Shown here in pieces: positions 37,260 to 48,960 of a stretch of DNA of 64,000 nucleotides. The notes beneath the pieces were generated by a model. That model was not told the origin of the DNA. It ran no database searches and worked only from the letters and a program-made list of their open reading frames with translations. The translations under genes were made by a program, and so were the position numbers. The stretch covers positions 24,465,282 through 24,529,281 of the forward strand of contig NC_068989.1 in assembly GCF_001194135.2 (NCBI RefSeq), given 5' to 3'. Each line of letters begins with the position of its first letter. Positions within the stretch are counted from its first letter, which is position 1. Source of the DNA: Octopus bimaculoides (taxonomy: Eukaryota).

Positions 37260-39990
37260 GGGTGGATATCCAGGAACCTGCGTACACATCTATGTTCGTT
37301 AGTATGTTTTCTTTCTTTTATGTTTTGGTTAAATTCTTGGAGTGTTTATGTATGCATGTGGTGTGTATGTAGGGGTACAATATGTGTGGGAGCTTATATT
37401 GGGGATGATGGAAAATGGTATCTTGGGTAGATATCCACCATGTTAAGGCATGTGTGTTTGTGAGTGCATTTGTGCATGATTGATCAAAGAACTGGTGGCC
37501 TTCGAGAATGACTTTTTGAACATTATACCACACCTGAAATTCCATAAGCCCTTTAATGCTTTCAATTGTAAACTTAGAGCAGACATCTGTTGACTGAGAT
37601 GTTCTGATATGACTCTTCTCTTCTCTGATAAAACTAAAAATCTGTACAGAATAAGTAATGATACATATGCACAGCTACTTAACAGCAACATCACACAAAC
37701 GTACAGGAGGGCAGCCCTTCAAGCTTACGATGGCATTTTCTATGAGGCCAAAGATATTGTGGTTAAACTAGGTATAGAGGATAGGGTAGAGACATTAACA
37801 AAGAAAGAAGCCCTTATTATGATCAAGGACCATAAACCAAACTTTGTCTCTAACCCCAAGTACAGGCTGATGAACTCTGCGAAGTTTGAGATTGGACAGG
37901 GAAACAAACAGCTCATCAGGAAGATCAATAACAGTGTTCTGGCCTCACCCTATGGCATAACACCAATGAGGTCATAACATGGTTTAAAACCAATTGTGAA
38001 AGGGTAGAGCTAGGTTTAACCAATTCGATATAGTGGGCTTTTACCCATCTATGTTGCGGAAGCTCCTTTTTAAGGCATTAGATTTTGCTAGGTCCTATAC
38101 TGAAGTTAGTGATGAGGACATACACATTATCATGTACACCAGAAGAACCATACTCCTCAGTAAGGGGTTGGCCTGGGCCAAACGAACTGAACCAGAAGGC
38201 TCCTTTGACATAACAGTGAGCACTTTTGACAGTGCTAATGGGTGTGACCTCATTGGTTTCTTCATCCTAGATTTACTCAAAAAGTAGTTCCCTTCCTTCT
38301 ACAGGGATGATGTACTGGCAATATCAGGAGGGGCAAATGACCACACACTGAATAAGCTTAGAAAAGACCTCACCAACACCATGAATTTCCTTGGAGTGAA
38401 GGTCATGATAGAAACCAACCTGAAAATGGTGGATTTCCTTGATATGACCCTGGACTTGGAGTCTGGTGCCTATAAACCCTTTAGGAAGTCAAATGAAAAG
38501 CTATCATGTATTAACACAGGTTCCTATAATCCAGCTATAGTTTTCAAGAACCTGGTAAAGGGTGTCAGCAGAAGTCTCTAACCTGTCTTCAAGCAAAGGG
38601 ATTTTTGATGCTGCTGTCCCATACTATAATGAGGCTCTGGCTGCCAGCAGTTTCAAAGAAAGAATTAATTATACACCAGACTCTAATCCCTCCAAGATAA
38701 AATGCTATCAGAAAGTGTTGTGGGTTACACTGCCCTTCTTTTTAAGTGTTAAAACCTGAGCAGGTAAGATTTTCCTCAGTAGATAAACAGTTTCCTTGTA
38801 TAAATAGGTTCAGTAAAATAATAGGCACACCCAGAGAGTTTCCTTTAGCTGTGCACCCATGTAAAAAAGACTTTTGTAGGTAGGCCCACACCTGAGACAG
38901 AGATAGGATGCTCATGTACGCTAACAACATATGAGACAGAGGTAAAAGTAACAGACTCAGATGGGCAACCAAGTGTGTGAAAGTATATGAGAGCAACTGA
39001 AGGCCCCTTCAGAACTGGCTATAACAACCACAATTCCTCCTTCAACATTCCGGAGAGATGTAATGCAACAATCCTGGCCAAGCACGTATGATCATTGAAA
39101 GAATGCATTGTCAAGAACAGCATAAAGTGGAGGATTCTAGAGAAATGTAAAGCATACTTTAATAACAGCAGGAGGTGCAGATTATGCCTGACTGAGAAAA
39201 GAGTAATATTGAAGAGGTTTCAGCACCCAGGTATCTACCTGAACAGCAGAACAACAGAAGTGACATTTTTATTCCTTGCCCACATGAAAGGAAGTACATC
39301 CTACCATACCTGCATGCCCCATCATGACTATAATCCCCAGTACCCTAGCTTTGGCCCTCCTTCCATCAATACCTGGGGGTCAGGTGAAGAGTTTGACCAG
39401 AACATACACAAATGCACAAACAAATACAACCACCTTAACATGGTGGACATCCAACCAATAGGCTATTTTCCACCATCCTCAATATGAGCCCCTACACATA
39501 CTGCATGCATACATCAGCACACCTCAAGAATTTACCCAAAACATAAAAGAAAGAAAGCACACTAACAAACACAGATGTGTATGCAGGTTTTTGGATATCC
39601 TCCACCCCACACCCCACAAAGGCTATACCACTACAAATATCCCATTTTTACAAGAGTTACCTTAAAGATACACACACTTCCAATAAACTCTTCCAGCAAA
39701 CACTTGCCAACTTGCAACACCTCCAGAGATGGTGTTTTTGATACCAACAGATGTAACAACCCTTGCTTAGTTCGTTTCATCAGTCTTTTTCACAGCAAGC
39801 ACAAACCAGATGTGTCTGTTCACCTCCAACAATAGAAAACAGTCACCGTATTTCATTCCATAATTGCCATCTCTGAAGAGTATAGAGTTACATAATCAGA
39901 CTGTTACTTAACACGACGTTGAACCCTTGATGTGAAACCGATTGGTAAGACTGGCTATAATGGATATATAATACTGTACACTGCAATTAA
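37260..39990 (+). mobile_element. Penelope-like retroelement, 5'-truncated and decayed, with inverted pLTR
   Basis: RT motifs IKDHKPNF..NPKYRLMN, FYPSM, FYRDDVLA (~38298); GIY-YIG-type TEGPFRTGYNNHNSSF and IKWRILEKC...CRLCLTEK; stops and frameshifts; ~37260-37500 is an inverted copy of ~39380-39610. Confidence 0.9.
39866..39955 (+). ncRNA. type I hammerhead motif in PLE 3' pLTR
   Basis: helix I GCCA-TCT/AGA-(C)-TGGC (7 bp, one bulge); core CTGAAGA 39873-79; GAAA 39934-37; helix III ACC-gatt-GGT; GUA triplet (cut after 39947); helix II weak (GTAT/ATGT with wobbles). Confidence 0.65.
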
Positions 39991-40214
39991 TATATCCACT
40001 CTATTGACAGATATAAAAGTGCATATTTTCCTGACCTATGGATTCTTAGATGGCTTACACACATATACATACGTGCGCACACGTGCACACAGACACACAC
40101 ACACACAAATAAGTATATGTGTGTATATCTTATACCTATATATGTATGTATATATGCATATATAAATATATATATGTATATATGTAAATGTATATATATA
40201 TATGTGTGTGTGTG

Positions 40215-40303
<89 letters not shown>

Positions 40304-40316
40304 GTGTGTATATATA

Positions 40317-40366
<50 letters not shown>

Positions 40367-40390
40367 CTGAAACAAATGAATGAAACTTAC

Positions 40391-40513
40391 CACAGGGATG
40401 TCATCTAAGAGATGCAATCCTCGTAAATGGAAAATAACATAGAAACGGTAATCCTCATGTTCCTCAATCATTGGATTTCCAGAGAAATGAGCAATAGTTA
40501 AGTTCTTCAAGTT
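40391..40513 (-). CDS. LRRC9: LRRC9 exon (LRRcap)
   Basis: ctttag/gtaagt; 123 nt [41 protein letters not shown] (GNP...YRxxVIFHLxxLxxLD cap). Confidence 0.93.
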
Positions 40514-41419
40514 CTAAAGAATAGTAAATAATAACAGTGATAATTCACATATAATAATTAACAAAGTGTATTTATTTGCTCTCATGGAAATGAAATGGAA
40601 AGGATGGAAGGAGATGACTGTCAAATGATAAACAGAGAGTTGATGAGTGACAGTAAAAGTAAAATGAAAGTGAGTAAATGGATGAGGTTGTTTTTCATAC
40701 TGCTCTTAATGGTGGACAAGCAAACAGTGTGTGAAGTGAGAGAATTAAAATGACAGTAAGTAGGACTAAGAGGTTTGAACTGTATTTTGTTTAAAGCTAG
40801 GACGAGAAATAAAAATATCCTTGATATACTGATAAATAACAACGGGAAACAAAAAAAAGTCTTTATGGAACTTAGTTTGATATGAATATTGTGATAAAAA
40901 AGCTTCTAGAGTAATGTTGATTACAAATAAATCTTTCAGGATAGCTCTATGGTTAAGAAGTTTGTTTCTAGATTATGTTGCTTTGGATTCACTCTATTGC
41001 ATGACATTGTCAGCAAGAGTCTTCTACAATGGCATTGGCTGACCAATGCCTTGTGAAAGAATTTGGTGAATGGAAACTGAAAGAAGCCCATGTTTGTGCA
41101 TGCACGATTGTGTGAATGTTTACAAAACTATGCCCAACTGCAGGCACAGATGGGGAGGGACATCACTGTTTGCAACTCAGTTACAAATAGTGATGTCATT
41201 ACTCATGGTTGGATTCCAATCAGTGGAATTTGTTGACAATTTCTGTCAACAAGTCATCCACTAATTCTGTGCTTTCAATTTACTTTGGAATACAAATCCT
41301 TTACTCAAAAAACATGTAAGAGTTAATGATAGGAAGTGCATCTGGCTATAAAAAAAACTTGCCTCAAAATTTTCTACTGTCAAAGCCTTTTTGTAAATAT
41401 AGTGTTTTTGTAAGTTTAG

Positions 41420-41960
41420 TATAATATAGTTTTGAATGGAGATGCTCTGAACTTTGCCCAGCCTATCTTAGCTGTGAGAATAAGATTAAGCTGGGTAAAG
41501 TTCAGAGAGCTCCTACCCTTGCTAGCAACAAAGGGCATCTCTCTTAGAGTAAAAGACAGATTGTTTGATGCCTGTGTGTGAACAGCTATGCTGCATGGCA
41601 GTGAAACATGGGCTATGACAGCCGAGGACATGTGTAGGCTTGAAAGAAATTAAGCTTGTATGCTTCCCTGGATGTGCAATGTCAGTGTGCATGTTTGACA
41701 GAGTGTAAGCATCTAGAGAGAAAAGTTAGGTATAAGAGGAATCAGATGTGGTGTGCAAGAGAGATGACTGCACTGGTATGGTCATGTGATGCATATGGAT
41801 GTGGACAGCTGTGTAAAGAAGTGCCAATCTCTAACTGTGGAGGGAACCTGTGGTAGAGGTAGACATGGGACGAGGTGGTGAAACATGATCTTTGAACTTT
41901 GAGCCTCACAGAGGCAATGACTCGTGACTGAGATCTTTGGCAATGTGCTGTGCTTGAGAG
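41420..41960 (+). mobile_element. RTE-like LINE 3' fragment (same family as 17398-18440)
   Basis: nucleotide similarity to ~17900-18440 (GGGTAAAGTTCAGAGAGCT..., TGCTATGCTGCATGGCAGTGAAAC). Confidence 0.85.
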
Positions 41961-42356
41961 GACCTGTCAAGTGCACCCATGCTGGTGGCATGTGTAGAAC
42001 ATATTTTGAATGTTGGGCCACACAGAGGCAAAGTGGCTGAGTTCCTTTCAAGTGCTGGGTCTCACGGAGGCAAAGATCAAGACCATTGGCATTATGTCAT
42101 GCTTGAGAAGAAGACCCATCAAACTGAGCAAAATCGCAGTCATAGCAGATACTGGTGTCATGCAAATTAACAGCTGTGTCAGTGGCACGTGTGTCGTGTA
42201 AAAGAACCCATTACACTCTTGGAGTGGTTGGTGCGTTAGGAAGGGCATCCAGTTGTAGAAAACCATGCCAAATCAGACTGGAGTCGGGTGCAGCCTTCCA
42301 TCGTGTCAGCCCAGTCAAACCGTCCAACCCATGCCAGCATGAACAACAGACATTAA

Positions 42357-42388
<32 letters not shown>

Positions 42389-43359
42389 ATACTTAATTTT
42401 TAAAAAATGTAATTTTTGATGATACACAATAACAGTAATGATGATTTTTAATAGAGAGACAATAACACACACATTTTTAGAGAAGGATATAGTCAATTAT
42501 ATTAACAACAGTACATTACTGGTGCTTGTTTAGCTGACCCCTTAAAGTCAACTCTGGTGGAATTTGAACTCACAATGTAAAGCAATGTAGTCAGATACTT
42601 ACAGGAATTTTGTTTCCAATTCTGCTGTCCACCACTCTAATAAAAATGATTTCCAACATTCATACAAGGCCTCAAATTTGAAGGAAGTCTGCAGTCAATT
42701 AAAAACTGCACGAGGACTCCAAAAGCCACAATGAAAGTAATCCCATCTAGGTGATCAGTAACTTGGAATAAAAATTGACTTAGTGTAGAGGGGAGATTTT
42801 AGTCCTGTCTCAGACAATCTCTCTAATGCTGGAAGCATGATAAAACCCCCAATCCATATCATAAAGTGGTTGGTGGAAGGAAGAGAAAGAGAATCCAACC
42901 AGTAAGGCCACTTTTAAGATCGTGACAGTCACAAATATAATAAAAAACACTAACTACATATACAGAGCTAACAGCTACTGTATTAGAATTATACATAGTA
43001 ATGGGATAACTTGGTGGGGATATCTGGCCAAGTGCAAGAGCCTTTAATTCTCATCATGTGATTGCAAATTTGCAAATAATAACTGAAGAAACAACTGCAA
43101 TAGCATTGCCTTTATCTTGATGGACTTTGGCAAGGAAATGGATCATCTTTTAGCTTTCTTTTAACTTTTATTTGTTTCAGGCGTTAAACTGTGGCCATGC
43201 TGGAGTATCACTTTCAAGAACTTTTAGTCAAATGAATTGACTCTAGTACTTGTTGTTTTTTAAAGCCTGATACTTATTCAGTCGGTCTCTTTGCTGAACT
43301 GCTAAGTTATAGACACTTAAGCACATCAAAACCAGTTGTCAAGAAGTGGTAGGAAACCC

Positions 43360-43390
<31 letters not shown>

Positions 43391-43747
43391 CTCTTCTGAC
43401 TGGGTAACCATGTATCTCCTCTACAGCAAGACACCTGTTTCTGTCTCTCTGTCACACTCTAACCTTTCATCATCTGACATAAGATAACCTTCTCCAATGT
43501 CCCCTCCTCTCTCAAAGGATCTTTGTCTTGCAAGTTACTTGGTGACCTTGCCAGTGTTGGTAACATGTAAAAATGCACCCAGTCCACACTATAAAGAGGT
43601 TGGCATTTGGAAGGGCATCCAGGTGTAAAAACCATGCCAAAACTGACCTTGCCTGTGCTCTTCCTAATGCCAACCACTCCACAAGGTGTACTGGGTGTCT
43701 TTTACATGTCACCGGTACTGGCCATGACTATGATTTCACTTAACTTG

Positions 43748-43778
<31 letters not shown>

Positions 43779-45379
43779 AATCTCTCTGTCTGTCTGTCTG
43801 TCTACACATACGGATGCATATGATGTGTATGAGTAAAGACAGCTGTATACTGTACAGAAGTGCCTGTCACTGAAAGTGGATGGTACCTGTGGAAGAGGGA
43901 GACCCAGGAAATCATGGGATGAAGTGGTGAGGACAGATCTCAGGATGTTAGGGTTCATGGAGGAAATGACAGTGGACTGAGATGTCTGGCAATGTGAGGT
44001 TCTAGAGAAGAACTGCACATGTCAGTGAAACTGAATGCCAGAAGTGTTGTGTCCCACCTACAAGCAACAATAAACCTTTCACCCACACCCTACCTCAAGA
44101 AACCAAACTACATCTCCTCTTCTAAACTGCATCCTTCTCTTCCTCGCATTTCCTCTTCATACACTATGATTGTCCCCACTGTCCTTTCCTGCCCTGCTCA
44201 CTGTATTGCTGTTTCCTCCCACCCCATCTTTATACCCAGGTTTACGCCAGTCACTGCGATCCTCACTCCCTGCATGTGCCTTCTTGGCAATACCTGGCTA
44301 CATATATTATGACCTCCATACCATGAGGGTATTCCCTGGCAGTTGCCACCATTTATCTCTCTCTTCCTTACTCTACCATTCCATCTATGCTCTGATCCCT
44401 GTTACTTGTGAGCATACCCTGACACTTCACCACCATCTCTCTCTTGCACTTTTTCTGTTTCCCACTCTCTCTCTTTTCCTTGCTCTTCTAGCTGGGTAGC
44501 CATGTATCTCCACTACAGTAGCACACCTATTTCTGCCCCCATTCTTGATCACTTTCTCTTTCCTCTTGCTTTTCCCCTCTAGCTAGATAACCAAGTATCT
44601 CCTTTACATTAGCACACCTGTTTCTGTCCTCTTTCTTGTATTACTCTCCCCTCTCTCTCTTTCCTCTCTCTGGTTGGGTAACCATGTACCTCCTCCATAG
44701 CAAGACACCTGTTTCTGTTTCTCTGTTTCTCTGTCACACTCTAATCTTTCATCATCTGACACAAGACCTCCTCCCCTTCTCATAATTCCTTGTCTTGCAA
44801 GTTACTTGGTGATCCTGTTGGTGTTGGTGCCATGTAAAACGCATCCAGTCCACACTGCAAAGTGGTTGGCATTTGGAAGGGCATCCAGCAGTAAAAATCA
44901 TGCCAAAACTGACCTCGCCTGTACTGGTGCCACGTAAAAAGCACACAGTCCACTCTGCAGGGTGGTTGGTGTTAGGAAGGGCATCCAGCCATAAAAACCA
45001 TGCCAAAACAGACACAGTAGCTTTGGTAGTCGTCTACCTGGCTGGCTCCTGTCAACTGTCTTACCCAAGCATGTATGCAAGATGGATGGTGTATATATAT
45101 ACATATACATACATATATATANNNNNNNNNNNNNNNNNNNNNNNNNNNNNNNNNNNNNNNNNNNNNNNNNNNNNNNNNTATATATATATGTATGTATATG
45201 TATATGTATATATGTATGCATCCACACACACACACACACTCTCCAATCTGAAGCTACAGTAGAACGCACCATTTGTCACTGCAACAACCAATCAGTTTAT
45301 ATTTAGTTTTAAATTTGAAAATAAGTTGTCCAGTGTTAAATTTTATTTTAAAAACGGGAAAATTTTTTTTTTTTTTTAC

Positions 45380-45667
45380 CTTAACACTGATGATTTCTCT
45401 GGGATTAGCTATTTTGTTGTTGGTCAAATACAGATGTTGCAGATTAGTAAGTTTGTTGAAATTTTCCAGACTAGTAAACAGGTTATTTTCTAATGATAGA
45501 TAGGACAGTTTGGCCAAATTTGTTAGGCAACTTGCATTTAGTTTGTCTAAATAGTTGTGTGATAGATGCAGCTTCTGTAATTTTACCAACTGTGAAATAT
45601 CTCCAAGCTGATTGATGCAGTTGTTGGCAGCTGAGATTTCTTCAAGACAAAGGCACTGTTTCAGATT
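45380..45667 (-). CDS. LRRC9: LRRC9 exon (LRRs)
   Basis: ttttag/gtaaaa; 288 nt NLKQCLCLEEISAANNCINQLGDISQLVKLQKLHLSHNYL...LQHLYLTNNKIANPREIISVK. Confidence 0.93.
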
Positions 45668-46350
45668 CTAAAATTAAAATAAAAGAATCCCGCCAGTAAA
45701 AATCAAAAATTAATATTTTTGCCAGTATGGAAAAGGAAACATTAAATGATGATGATGATGATCATCATCATCATCTCTCCTAGAAAATTACAGATGATAT
45801 GTGATGAGTAATGATGTTTTGATCAGAAGCATTTAAAGGACCTTAAACAATGATGTTGATAATGATTTCAAATATATTAATCTCTCCTCTAATCCTTAGA
45901 AAATTGCAGATGATAGCATTCATAAAATACATTTGTATGTTGCGTGTGAGATGAGTTATGGTGTTTTGGTTAGGGTCCTGTATAAAAGAAGCTACAAATG
46001 GTCAAATAGACATGGTACCTGCAGGTCAGTCGTTCATATTTGGATGTTGTCTCTGCATTAGGTCAGTAAACATGGATCTTATCTCCTAACAGCCTCCACT
46101 TCTTAGATGTGAACTTGTGCTACTGATAGATGTAATTCATGGGAGTAAACAGTGGATAAATCTGTCTTGATTTTACAGATTCATTGGCAAGAGTTTATCC
46201 CAATTTCCATGGCATTTAAGGATCTCAGAGTACAAGACCAACTCCACTGAACAGGACACCATTCCATCACAAAACTAAACCCACTTCCAGCTACTTCCAG
46301 AACTCATTGTTTAGCTAACTGTACTGCAACAACCTGCAATGAAGTGTTAA

Positions 46351-46769
46351 CCCTTTCACTTACAGATTATTTTGTCAAATTTAATGGTTATTTATTCACA
46401 TTGTTTTGAAATAATCATGCCTTATCTTGTAGCTTTGAGATTTTGACGACCTCATTGGTTATTTTTAGACAGACATTGTAGCACAGGTGTGAGAGGTTGG
46501 CTCTCACCAATTTGAACATAAAACAGGTAGTATATTTTGGCCAAATATAGCAGGTTTAATCCTAAAGTATTTAAACTGGCTACATCCAGCCACAATATTC
46601 TGCCTGTTTCATGTTCAAATGGGCCTGATCCAACATCCTACACCTGTTATTCTAAAAATAAGTAATCACATCATCGAAATCGTGAAGCCACAAGATAATG
46701 CATGATTAATTGAAAACAATGCGAATAAATAAACATTACATTTGACAGAGTAATCTGAATGCTTAAAAG
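46351..46769. mobile_element. piggyBac-type MITE (TTAA target), largely palindromic
   Basis: TTAA|CCCTTT start and AAAG|TTAA end; ~100-bp outer inverted repeats plus inner inverted repeats (TTTGAACAT.../...ATGTTCAAA). Confidence 0.72.
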
Positions 46770-47065
46770 TTAAATGCTAAAATGTTAATCAAGGACTTAA
46801 CATGTTATCTAGTCTAAGAATCGAATTCACAACCCTACAATTGTGAGCCCAGTAGTGGTAGTGGTAGTAGTGGTGGTGGTAGTAATGGTGCTGTTAGTAG
46901 TAGTAGTAGTAGTAGTAGTAGCAGCGGTAGTATTAGTGGCAATGATGATGGTGGTAGATGTGGTGGTAGTGGTGATGCTAGTAGTAGTAGTAGTGGTTGT
47001 GGTGGTGGTGGTGGTAGTAGTAGTAGTATTATGGTCTCTGAAAAGAGGAGAGTTGTGCTACCTAC

Positions 47066-47176
47066 CTGCAAAGTGGTTAGTTGATTTCCATCCAAAGACA
47101 GCCACCTCAGTAAGAGTAGTTTGCCAACAATAGATAAGTCCTGCAGGTAGCAGTGATCAAGGCAGAGGGAGGTGAT
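47066..47176 (-). CDS. LRRC9: LRRC9 exon (LRR)
   Basis: ctccag/gtaggt; 111 nt ITSLCLDHCYLQDLSIVGKLLLLRWLSLDGNQLTTLQ. Confidence 0.92.
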
Positions 47177-47717
47177 CTGGAGGGTAAGAGAGAGAGAGAG
47201 AGAGGAAATAGAGCATAAGAGAAAAGGTGATGGAGACAAAGAAGAGAGGAGGAAGAAGAAGAGAAGGGTAAGGAGAGAACGGGAGAAAGAGGGGGGTGGG
47301 TGAAGAGAGAAAGAGGAAGAAATGAGGAATGGGACAGAAAGAGGCAAGGGAAAGAGGTGAAAATATGGAAAAGGAGAAACAGAGAGGAAACACAATGAGA
47401 GACAGGGAGAAAAAGAGAAGTGAATTANNNNNNNNNNNNNNNNNNNNNNNNNNNNNNNNNNNNNNNNNNNNNNNNNNNNNNNNNNNNNNNNNNNNNNNNN
47501 NNNNNNNNNNNNNNNNNNNNNNNNNNNNNNNNNNNNNNNNNNNNNNNNNNNNNNNNNNNNNNNNNNNNNNNNNNNNNNNNNNNNNNNNNNNNNNNNNNNN
47601 NNNNNNNNNNNNNNNNNNNNNNNNNNNNNNNNNNNNNNNNNNNNNNNNNNNNNNNNNNNNNNNNNNNNNNNNNNNNNNNNNNNNNNNNNNNNNNNCATGT
47701 TATAATTGCATACTTTA

Positions 47718-47801
47718 TTCCTACATATGTTTCAAAGGATTACAACCTGTGTGATCCATAGGGATCTTTGATATTAAAGTTGTAACCTTCTCATCAGGGA
47801 A
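47718..47801 (-). ncRNA. type I hammerhead ribozyme motif (left arm; sense to LRRC9 pre-mRNA)
   Basis: mirror copy of 47881-47964 differing at one helix II loop base; CTGATGA at 47797-47791; predicted cut after 47722 on the minus strand. Confidence 0.78.
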
Positions 47802-47880
47802 AGCATGGGAATCATCTTAAACGTAAGACATTATGACCGAATCAGTCATAATGTCTTACGTTTAAGATGATTCCCATGCT

Positions 47881-47964
47881 TTCCCTGATGAGAAGGTTAC
47901 AATTTTAATATCAAAGATCCCTATGGATCACACAGGTTGTAATCCTTTGAAACATATGTAGGAA
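47881..47964 (+). ncRNA. type I hammerhead ribozyme motif (right arm of palindrome)
   Basis: helix I TTCC 47881-84/GGAA 47961-64; core CTGATGA 47885-91; helix II G-AAGG-TTACAA/TTGTAA-(T)-CCTT-T with inner GATCC/GGATC hairpin; GAAA 47949-52; palindromic helix III ACATATGT; GUA cleavage triplet (cut after 47960). 10.1-11.1 pair is G.U rather than G-C. Confidence 0.8.
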
Positions 47965-48010
47965 TAAAGTATGCAATTATAACATGCGTTTTCTCCATTC
48001 CTTAAATTCT

Positions 48011-48045
<35 letters not shown>

Positions 48046-48329
48046 GGAGAGAGAGAGGGAGAAGAGGAGAGTGAAGCAGATAGGAATTGAAAGAGAGCAA
48101 GTGAAAAGGAAACTGCATGGAAGTAATGGAAAAGCAGAAAGGAAAGAAAGGAAGAGAAGCAAAGGAATGTGGAGAGGGAAGAAGAGAGTCAAAGAGAGTG
48201 AGAATAAGAGATGCAGGGATGGGGGAGGGGTAGAAGAGAGAAAGAAAGGAGGGAGAAAGAGTGAGAGAGAGAGAGACAGAGATAGACAGACAAATAGTAA
48301 GTGCGTTACAAGTGAGTTTCATTGACAAC

Positions 48330-48596
48330 CTTTAAAAACATTTGTTCCTCAGTGATATCCATGGTTTGAAACACACATTTGCTGGACTCCACTAAGACTT
48401 GGGCTTTATTGTGCAGACTCAATATTCTTGGAGTCCTGATATCCAGGCGAGACCGGCGCTTTAGCAGAGCCAATCGTGTCTGGTAGCGTTTGGTAAGAGC
48501 CGTCACACGCTGTCTCTCATCATTGCTTACTTCTATGCCGTTGATAGCTTCGAGATTTTTCAGGTAGAAAAGTAGCTGAATACGTAAATCAGAGGG
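48330..48596 (-). CDS. LRRC9: LRRC9 exon (LRRcap and linker)
   Basis: tttcag/gttgtc; 267 nt PSDLRIQLLFYLKNLEAINGIEVS...RTPRILSLHNKAQVL...EQMFLK, resembling the LRRC9 LRLSVIGRLKTLTHLNG...RPRILS segment. Confidence 0.9.
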
Positions 48597-48888
48597 CTGA
48601 AATGATGGTAAAGGAATCATGAGATGGTTTAGAAAGGAATAAAACTGAATATGTTGGCCCTGTATGGCTCACGTACATGTATGGGATTCCTTTTAGTGTG
48701 ATAGTATGTGCATGTGTGTGTGTTTATGTCTGTGTGTGTGTGTTTGAGTTTGTGTTTGTGTTTGTGTGTGCATGTGTGTGCGCATGTGTGTGTGTGTATG
48801 TATGTTGCATGTGTGTGTGCATGCATGTGTATATTACTAAATTGATATTCACTACTGACCATATCTCCACCCATGATTATAAATCACT

Positions 48889-48960
48889 GCAATCACCTCT
48901 GTTCCATCTTTAATCATCTGTCACAGCAATCACCTCTGTTCCATCTTTAATCATCTGTCA
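48889..48960. repeat. 37-bp tandem duplication
   Basis: GCAATCACCTCTGTTCCATCTTTAATCATCTGTCA at 48889 and 48926. Confidence 0.9.

Larger units (their letters stand above)
47696..47986. repeat. near-perfect palindrome, 142-bp arms, 7-nt loop
   Basis: 47696-47837 is the reverse complement of 47845-47986 with a single mismatch (47779/47903); loop CGAATCA; left arm ends at an N gap. Confidence 0.95.

Noticed and set aside
39765-39790. Minus-strand CTGATGAAACGAAC
   Set aside because: No helix II between the core halves and no GAAA-helix III geometry.
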